Below are positions 41,821 to 52,918 of a stretch of DNA of 52,918 nucleotides, piece after piece. The notes beneath the pieces are model-generated. The model was not told where the DNA came from. It searched no databases and saw nothing but the letters and a program-made list of their open reading frames with translations. Position 1 is the first letter of the stretch; each line of letters begins with the position of its first letter. The stretch covers positions 1 to 52,918 of the forward strand of contig NW_021833921.1 in assembly GCF_006345805.1 (NCBI RefSeq). The letters are read 5' to 3'. Origin of the DNA: Octopus sinensis. Taxonomy: Eukaryota. The translations under genes and the position numbers were made by a program.

Positions 41821-42394
41821 TTCAGAAAAAATATAATCAATCGAAGAATATTTCTTCTCTCACCAAAATTTATGGATATTTTTCTTCTTTTTGCTTTTAT
41901 AGTTTATTCCAAACAAATATCACTTCTCTTATATTTCTTCTAAATGTGATCAATATGTTTTATAGAAGCAGGATTATACGTTTGTAGAATATCTTTGCAG
42001 AGTCTTTCAAACATGAGACATATTGATGATTCTTTAAAAGTAAAAAATACTTTTTAGCCAATTTCATGTGATTTTCTGAAAGAATAGAAAAAAATAATAT
42101 AAGACATAGAATAGGTTTAAAAGGTAGATATTAAAAAATGCGAATTTATGCCATTTCTGTTTTAATGGATTGTAGAAGTTAACCTGCATTCAAACTAATA
42201 AACTTACCCAAAAGTTAATAAATTACGAGCAGATTCAATAATTATAATTGCAACTCCTGGACATTAAATCTGTGACACACACGCTCTTTCTCTCTCTCTC
42301 ACACACACCAATATAGATGTTAATGGCCTAGATAACCAATGTTTTCACCTCGGAGTTCTATCTTGTCAACACAGCTTTGTTTAGTAACACAGAT

Positions 42395-42685
42395 GTGGAG
42401 GCACATGGCCTAGTGGTTAGAGCAGCCGACTCATAGTCGAGGGATCACAGGTTCAAATCTCAGACCGAGCAATGTGTGTGTTTATGAGTGAAACACCTAA
42501 GCTCCACGCGGCTCCGGCAGAAGGTAATGGCGAACTTCTGCTGACTCTTTCGCCACAACCTTCTCTCACTCTTTCCTCCTGCATCTTGCAACTCACCTGC
42601 GACGGACTGGCGTCCCGTCCAGGTGGGGAACCTATACGCCAAGGAAACTGGCCCTTATGAGCCAGGCATGGCTCGAGAAGGAACA
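42395..42685 (+). mobile_element. Full-length tRNA-derived SINE (third family) with 12-bp TSD
   Basis: A box TGGCCTAGTGG and B box GGTTCAAATC. AGTAACACAGAT is duplicated at 42383-42394 and 42686-42697. Confidence 0.9.
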
Positions 42686-42699
42686 AGTAACACAGATAT

Positions 42700-43050
42700 C
42701 ACACCTGTTTTGCCACCTGAATAGGCAGGTGCATTGTCACTCCCTGGAGGCATCGAATTGTGGCCCTTTCCAATGAATAGCATCCCGCAAACATCACAGT
42801 AGAACTCCTGGTTTACTATCTGACCAGGTGGAGCATACTCATGATGAACAATCCCCTGGAATTGAAGAAAACGGTCAACAGTGTCTTGACATTTGTCAGT
42901 CTTGGAGAGGTCGAGGTTTTCAACTTCAAAGACTGAACCTTTAGGGGAAAATTGCTGTTCGCTTGAAGCATTGCACACTGTTCGTAAAAATAATGCATTG
43001 AATGGCACAAGAACGGATTATAATAACCTTTGTAATTCAATCATCCATAG
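42700..43050 (-). mobile_element. Second mariner transposase relic
   Basis: KTLLTVFFNSRG / GIVHHEYAPPGQIVNQEFYCDV / DNAPAYS on the minus strand. Confidence 0.75.
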
Positions 43051-43134
43051 TCTGATATAATATTTCAGAATATAAAAATCCCTTCTTCAGATATCCCTGG
43101 GAATTGATCGAGTCACTGCTATAATCGGTTTTCC

Positions 43135-44500
<1,366 letters not shown>

Positions 44501-44840
44501 TGATTTAAACAGAAGTCTTTCCTTATGAAGTGGGTCCATAACACAGTGATATTTGTTGTACAACATTTCTTCAGAAGGACAAAGGACGTATCTCATAAAG
44601 ACATCCACAGAATATAGAAACTATATGAATGTGACATCTATAGTAAATCTTTGACATGAAATCATCCATTATTGAATCAAAAGAGCATTGACAGAGGAAG
44701 GAAAACATATCACTGTGATGTTAAACCTGAATCATTCTTTCAAAATGGTGAATTGTTTGTACACAGTCCTATTAATATGAAAGATATAACTGTAACCTAA
44801 GCTATTCGTGCTTAATCAATCTACGAAAATGGATCAATTA

Positions 44841-45523
44841 TCTTGTGGGTCATTTCAGGATCTGGAATTCGAATCTGTGAATTCTATGGTTCTATCTGGG
44901 CTCTAGGTGCCTTTCAAATTTCTCTAAAAGTGTGTCTGGGTTATTGCAATACGATTCTGACATGTCCCAGCTATTGAATAAGTCTATGCCTTTTTCTCCC
45001 GTCCATAAAAGGATATAGGTTACCTTTTCATCTTCAGTCGTGCCTTTCAGGAAACTTTTGAAAGCTAGTTGAGTTTTCTGTTTAAATTTCTTAAACGCTT
45101 CCGCGATATCATCGGAGTCCCAGTTCATGGTCGGATGTAGATTCATCTGTACGGTGACGGGGGTCGCAATTTTTGATTCTCGTGTATGTGTGTCCGAAGA
45201 CGAAGCGATGTTTTGTTTGTTAATTTCTGGTTCGTTGTGTTTCTGTTTTGTTGTAAAGGCACAGTTTCCGATTAATTATTTACCGCTGCCACCATGTTAT
45301 GTGTTGTATCCTTCTAATGGGATAGACAACTCAATACGAGCCATTGTTATTCTTTTACGTGTTTATTTACTTTTCATGTTACACAAACTGGACTACATTC
45401 AGCGTAGTGATACATATATACTTTAGACATAGTTCGTACTGTTACTAACAAAATAGTGCCAAAAGTGCGGATGTATTCTACATACATATACCTGCGTATA
45501 CACATAGATATGAATGTGTAACA
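44841..45523 (-). mobile_element. Gypsy copy C: 5' LTR (45295-45523), PBS and 5' part of gag
   Basis: Colinear with 19379-20062. The gag ATG is mutated to TTG and there is a premature stop at 44892. Confidence 0.9.
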
Positions 45524-48198
45524 CTGGTTTAAAGTTTGATCTTTCTTACCCATTTAGAAAACAATATTTGGAAGCTGTCGTTTTGTTCATGTAAAAAAAG
45601 TGGGGAGAAAAATCAAATTATTGTGATTTTGTACTTTTTACACAGAAATACATACGATTCTGCAAATAAATGACATAAAAAACTTTGTTCAATTAAAAAC
45701 AAGTTACTTTTAACTATGCACTGTCCATCACCATTTCCTCCACCACAACCATCATCTCTCTCTCTCTCTCTCTACCTTAAATCTCACCATCAGAACATCA
45801 CCACTCTGCTAAAATTATATTGCTAACATCTCCATATCATCAACTTCAACTAACGTTTTTAACGATGTAATAAATATTATATGTTGCCCCTACCACATAT
45901 CATGTACACTTCTCTCTGTCCCTCTTTCTATCTTATTCTAATATATGGGTGCTTGAAACCCTCAGAAAAGAACTGCTGGGACCAGTATTCCATTTGGGAT
46001 ATGCTTTTGAAATGGAAAGAAAGCATGCCCTTCTTTGGAAACGAATTGTGACTGGAGATGAAAAATGGATTGCATGCTTAATGTTGTGCAAAACTGATCC
46101 TGTAGTTTGAAGAAATATCCCCCAAGCAACCAAAGATGAATATCCATGGCAACACACCTGTGCTTTGTGGGATCATAAAGGCATTGTTTATTATGACCTT
46201 CTCCCATAAAACCAGACCATTAATTCTGATGTGTTCTGTCGTCAACTGGCTAATTTGAACCAAAAAAATCAAAGAACTGCGTCTGGAGATTATCAACAGA
46301 AAAGCATTAGTCTTCCAAGACAATGCCCGACCATTGTCAAAAAGAAAGGATTCACTCTATCTCCCTCATATTCCTTATAGTCTTCATTGTTATCATTTTT
46401 ATGTCGTATGTTTTTTAAACCAATATTCTTTCATCAGATGCATTCTTAATTGAATTCTTTTCTTTTTGCTTTGCATCTTGTACAGATTTAAGTCTTTAAT
46501 TTTATAAATATATATTTATATAATCTTTTAGCTGTTTATCCATTATCCAAAAACAAATGGTCCCGGTCACTAGTCATGGCCTCGGTGTCTAGTGAGGCAA
46601 TGTATTGGGTTATTCCTGAAACCAAAACACTCTAAAGTGGAGCCTGTATTGTGTCTGCATCAAAAGATAGTCGCTCATCTGCTATTCACTGAAAACTGAA
46701 GGAAATTGGAATACGGTAATTACTTAATACACTTTATGCACAATTTTATAGACACAGCACTCATAAAATAAATATTTGCTTATATTTTTCCAGTTTTCTC
46801 ATAAATAGAAAAAAATTACATTTTAAAATTTACATGGGCATAATTTCTTATCTAAAACACGAGAAGTGTATACTAAAATAAATACCTTATATGTAAAATA
46901 TAGGGGTCAGAATTTAATGTAACTTTGCTTACTCAGAAAACCACATCAGTGGTAACTTGTAAGCCAAGGTGATGGGTCAGAGAGCCAATACACATTTCAA
47001 TTTGTAGGTGTTGTAAAAAAAACTTTGTTCAAGTAAAAAAAACATTACTTTTCACTCTGTATTCACCATCACAACCACCACCATCATCTGTCTCTCTCTA
47101 CCTTTCTTTAATCTCTCCATCAGAACATCACCCACCTTCTAAAATTATATTACACGTACATTATTTTTGTGGGAGGTTTGGATAATATTTTTGCAAGGTA
47201 ATTACAAATCACATAAGGAGACCGGAGAAAAGTTTGATATTATTTATTCAGCATTACATGTGTTTCATTTCCTAATAGGAATTACAACTCTTATATGTGT
47301 AGAAAACATGTAAGATATTTCCTATAAGAAATTCTTCAGACATACATGTGTCTGTATGTGTGTGTACCCTTGTCCAGATATTATGTGATGTTCGTAAAGG
47401 GCCATCATGGCCGTCATACTTGTGCAGTTGTTCATTTCCAGTCTTCTGTGTAAAATGTGTCTCACCAGGGAAAATATTTCCTTGCTTGGAAACAGGTGAG
47501 GATTGGTCACAAGAAAGGGACCCAGATGTAGAAAATCGCCATCAATGAATTCCATCTGATTCACAGAAGCAAGAATAGGAGAATGTTAAATGATGAGGAT
47601 CATCATCATCGTGGTTCCTCTTCTGTATGAATGCATTTACATTTCAATAATTGATCCAGTTTCATAGATTGATTTAGCACAAATAGCTAAGGCTACAGTT
47701 ATATCTTTCATATTAATAGGACTGTGTACAAACAATTCACCATTTTGAAAGAATGATTCAGGTTTAACATCACAGTGATATGTTTTCCTTCCTCTGTCAA
47801 TGCTCTTTTGATTCAATAATGGATGATTTCATGTCAAAGATTTACCATAGATGTCACATTCATATAGTTTCTATATTCTGTGGATGTCTTTATGAGATAC
47901 GTCCTTTGTCCTTCTGAGGAAATGTTATACAACAAATATCACTGTGTTATGGACCCACTTCATAAGGAAAGACTCGTTTAAATCAGGAATGATTTTGTGT
48001 AAATGATTTGCCACAGATATCACTGTGAATTAATTTTTCTTGAGTGTGAATGCATTTGTGTATAGTTAAGTGACTGTTTCGAGAGAACATCTTACCATAG
48101 ATATCACAGGGGTATGGTTCCTACCCTGTATGAATAGGGTTGTGGTGAGTTAAGCCACTGTTCTGAGAGAAAGATTTACCACAGATATTACAAGGTTA

Positions 48199-49315
<1,117 letters not shown>

Positions 49316-50539
49316 CTCTTCAAGAAAAATATAATCAATCCTTCAAGTTCTACAGATCAACAACTTTTCAATAATATTTTTGCTCTCACCAAAATTTATG
49401 GATATTTTGCTTCTTTTGGCTTTTATAGTTTATTCCAAACAAATATCACTTCTCTTATATTTCTACTAAATGTGGTCAATGCCAATATTTAAAAATGTCG
49501 CAAATACTGTTTCGAAATCTATCAAAGTATATTTAAAAGAGAAAATTATCTCTTGCACATTTCAGAAGTAAAGAAATGCCTCTCGCTCAGAGGAAATATT
49601 TTACTGTAATTCAGCAATGTTTTATAGAAGCAGGATTATATGTTTGTAGAATATCTTTGCAGAGTCTTTCAAACATGAGACATATTGATGATTCTTTAAA
49701 AGTAAAAAATACTTTTTAGCCAACTTCATGTGATTTTCTGAAAGAATAGAAAAAATAATATAAGACATAAAGTATGTTTAAAAGGCAGATATTCAAAAGT
49801 GCAAATTTACGACATTTCTGTTTTCATAAATTGTAGAAGCATAGAGTAGACACATCTATCATAATACCAACTCCTGGAATATAAAGTCTGTCATAGACAC
49901 ACTTCCACACACACACACACCAATATACATATAAATGACACTAGATTTCTGATGTTTTCATTGCAGTCTTGTATCTTTGTTTGCTAAAATAGATATCGCT
50001 CTTTCTCTACCTTCATCATCATCGTTTAACATCTGCTTTCCACGCTGGCATGGGTTGTGAGGTTTGACTGAGGACTGGCAAGCCATGAGGCTGAACAAGG
50101 TTTCAATCTTATCAGGCAAGATTTCTACAGCTGGATGCTGTTTGAGCGTGTAGCGGTTACGTTTTATGTGCCATGGAGCCAGTCAGGTAGCATTGGCATC
50201 GACCATGCTTGAATGGTGCTTTGCATGTGCCACCGGCACGGGTGCAAGTCAGGCAGCACTAGCATCAATCATGCTTGAATGGTACTTTTTACATGCCACC
50301 TGCATGGGAGCCATATATACAAATACACACACACATATATATATATGTATATATATACGGTTAGCTCAACGTTAATATTTAGGTGAGCATAAAAGATGAA
50401 TAAATGTCAGTAAATAATATTGATGTCTCACTAACAGCATCAAAATCCTTAGTGGGGAAATTTTAACGTACGAAAAATTATTGGTTGATGTGGAGAATGA
50501 AAGCCAGATTCCTCCAAAGAGTTTGGCGCGTCCTGAAGA

Positions 50540-50645
50540 AGGCAACGTGATGTTGAAATGGCCGCTACGTTCACCTGAGCTGACACCTTGCCATTTCTTT
50601 CTCAGGGAGGGCCTAGTCTATATCTCTCCTCTTCCTGCTACAACC
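50540..50645 (+). mobile_element. Tc1-like transposase relic (deleted copy at ~25465-25560)
   Basis: WPLRSPELTPCHFFL resembles the Tc1-family WPxRSPDLxPxDFFLWG motif. Confidence 0.6.
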
Positions 50646-51068
50646 ATACTGGTCATGAGATGTGCGAAAAATAACAGCTAAATAGCTCATAAATCGCAGT
50701 TGATTCTTTTCTTTTTTTGGTTGCATGACCGAACGAATTCTCGTTCACAAAAATTTCTGAAAATTCCCCCAAATAAAAATATGTGACAAGGGATTATATT
50801 AGGTGCTTAAAGCAGCACTCCACACACACACACAAAATTAAATAAATTAGAAAAATATATTAATTCTAACTTTTAATGATGCAGAAGAACCACCAGAAAT
50901 AAAGACTTACTACGTCTCAAATAAGAGCCGTTTCATTTCCTCTCGATACGATATTTGCTTTTCGTTTCAGTATTTCAAGTGCACACTCGTATTTTTATAC
51001 ATTCCCCATTTCTTACTAATTGCATCGTAATTTTCCCACATTTAACGAAATTGTCGAATTTACAACAG

Positions 51069-52335
51069 TTCTTCACTTTTTCCAGAATCTCTTCTCTTTA
51101 TTATTTTTTTTTTTTTGCGAAATATGTACAAAAATACGGAGTTTATGATTCATGTGTGAGTGTGTGTTCTTGATACTCGTTTAGAACAAGTAGTTTTACA
51201 CCATTACACTATTTTTTCTTAGTTTAAAGGCCGTGGACTGAAGATGTGAAATTTCCGAAGCCTCTCCCCCCCCCCCTTTCGCGAGCGCGCATTTTTTTCA
51301 TGATAGTCGTTTAGAGCAAGTTGTTTTACACCTATTACGCTGTTTTTGTTTTTGTTTTTGTGCCCGGTTCAGACGCTTTCGGAAATTCCCGATATAAATT
51401 TTCCGAGGCCTCTCCCCCACCCCTCTTTCGCGAGAGCGCATTTTTTTTTACACATATTACACTATTTTTTTTTTGTTTTGGTGCCCGGGTCAGCTCCTCA
51501 GACGCTTTCGGAACTTCCCGATGTGAATTTTCCGAGGCCTCTCCCCCACCCCCCTTTCGCGTGCGCGAATTTTTTTTTTTCATATTCGTTCATAGGAAGT
51601 TGTTTTACACCTATTACACACATTTTTTTTTTTATTTTCTGATAATCGTAACGCCCTATATTAACCAATTTCTGTAGTATTTCAAGATGTTTCTGACACG
51701 TATTTTGATTCACATGGCGGAGATCCAACATTTCTTCACTTTTTCCAGAATTTCTTCTCTTTATTATTTTTTTTGCGAAATACGGAGTTTATGATTCATG
51801 TGTGAGTGTGTGTTCTTGATACTCGTTTAGAACAAGTAGTTTTACACCAATTACACTATTTTTTCTTAGTTTAAAGGCCGTGGACTGAAGATGTGTAATT
51901 TCCGAAGCCTCTCCCCCACCCCCCTTTCGCGAGCGCGCATTTTTTTCGTGATAGTCGTTTAGAGCAAGTTGTTTTACACCTATTACGCTGTTTTTGTTTT
52001 TGTGCCCGGTTCAGACGCTTTCGGAAATTCCCGATATAAATATTCCGAGGCCTCTCCCCCACCCCTCTTTCGCGAGAGCGCATTTTTTTTTGTCATATTC
52101 GTTTAGAGCAAGTTGTTTTACACATATTACACTATTTTTTTTTTGTTTTGGTGCCCGGGTCAGCTCCTCAGACGCTTTCGGAACTTCCCGATGTAAATTT
52201 TCCGAGGCCTCTCCCCCACCCCCCTTTCGCGTGCGCGAATTTTTTTTTTCATATTCGTTCATAGGAAGTTGTTTTACACCTATTACACACATTTTTTTTT
52301 TGATTTTCTGATATTTGTTACGCCCTATATTAACC
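51069..52335. repeat. Higher-order tandem repeat: two ~600-bp units (51069-51666, 51732-52335), each with three ~140-bp subunits
   Basis: The core TTCCGAGGCCTCTCCCCCACCCCCTTTCGCG(A/T)G(C/A)GCG occurs six times (~51253, 51401, 51530, 51900, 52043, 52200). Confidence 0.92.
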
Positions 52336-52918
52336 GAAATGTCTAAAAGAAAACGACAACACAATGAAAGTATTAAAATATCAGCCTTTCGTATAATTTT
52401 GTCTTAGTGAGATTTTTTTCCTTTTAACTTTCTCAACACATCGAAACAAATAAATGTACATAATACGACACATATATAATAGAAATGTTTAAATAAATAC
52501 TTACATAGTAATAGATATGGAGAGAAAGAGTGAAGGAGGAAGATGTGAGAACTGGAGTCAGAGTGGACAACGACAGCTTCAAGAGAATTTCTAGATTTCT
52601 ACAACAAACGTTAATTAATATTTTTCAGGTCCACATAATCGTAAAGGCTGTATCTGTTTGTTTAGACAGTTAATTACCAATCATTTGTATATATTTGATT
52701 GGATTTTCTCTTAAATATCAGTTGTCAAGTGGAACTGATCAAACAATCAAGGTGCATGAGAAACAAGAACAAGAAATACAATTAATGAGGAAGAGTTTTG
52801 GCAATGAACAAAGGGAGTTAACTCCAGTCTTCAAAGAATTGCGGCTCTACTTTAATAGATTTGGTATTTTGTGAAAGAGATTTCTTCAATATTCGGCTTC
52901 GTCACTGTTATTGTTATT

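Noticed and set aside
40931-42465. tRNA-like A/B boxes at 40931, 41128 and 42395
   Set aside because: No full cloverleaf. They continue into SINE bodies, one with a TSD.

Overview
Eukaryotic, AT-rich, repeat-dense DNA, most likely cephalopod (octopus-like). That assignment is inferred from the SINE families and the KRAB-less C2H2 zinc-finger arrays. The window is a rearranging C2H2 zinc-finger (ZNF) gene cluster with six ZNF loci, from intact to broken: 8.7-10.7 kb (+), 23.0-23.8 kb (-), 27.8-28.7 kb (+), 41.5-41.8 kb (-), 43.1-44.4 kb (+) and 48.1-49.3 kb (-). Three loci belong to a repeated cassette (ZNF exon + 3' flank + mariner relic + Ty3/Gypsy LTR-PBS-gag/pol). The cassette occurs as a large inverted pair around a candidate ETS/NRF1-type bidirectional promoter (~26.8 kb) and again as a direct copy at 44.8-52.9 kb. 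Other contents: two RTE-clade LINEs with a PHD-type finger inside the RT, CR1-like LINEs, four tandem non-autonomous Helitrons, MITEs, tRNA-derived SINEs, a Penelope relic and ~4.6 kb of degenerate (TA)n. All alignments were done by eye, so boundaries are approximate unless a terminal motif is quoted. I see no unambiguous new system. The best candidate is the ZNF-Gypsy cassette amplified in inverted orientation, with modular finger gain/loss and potential for long dsRNA.
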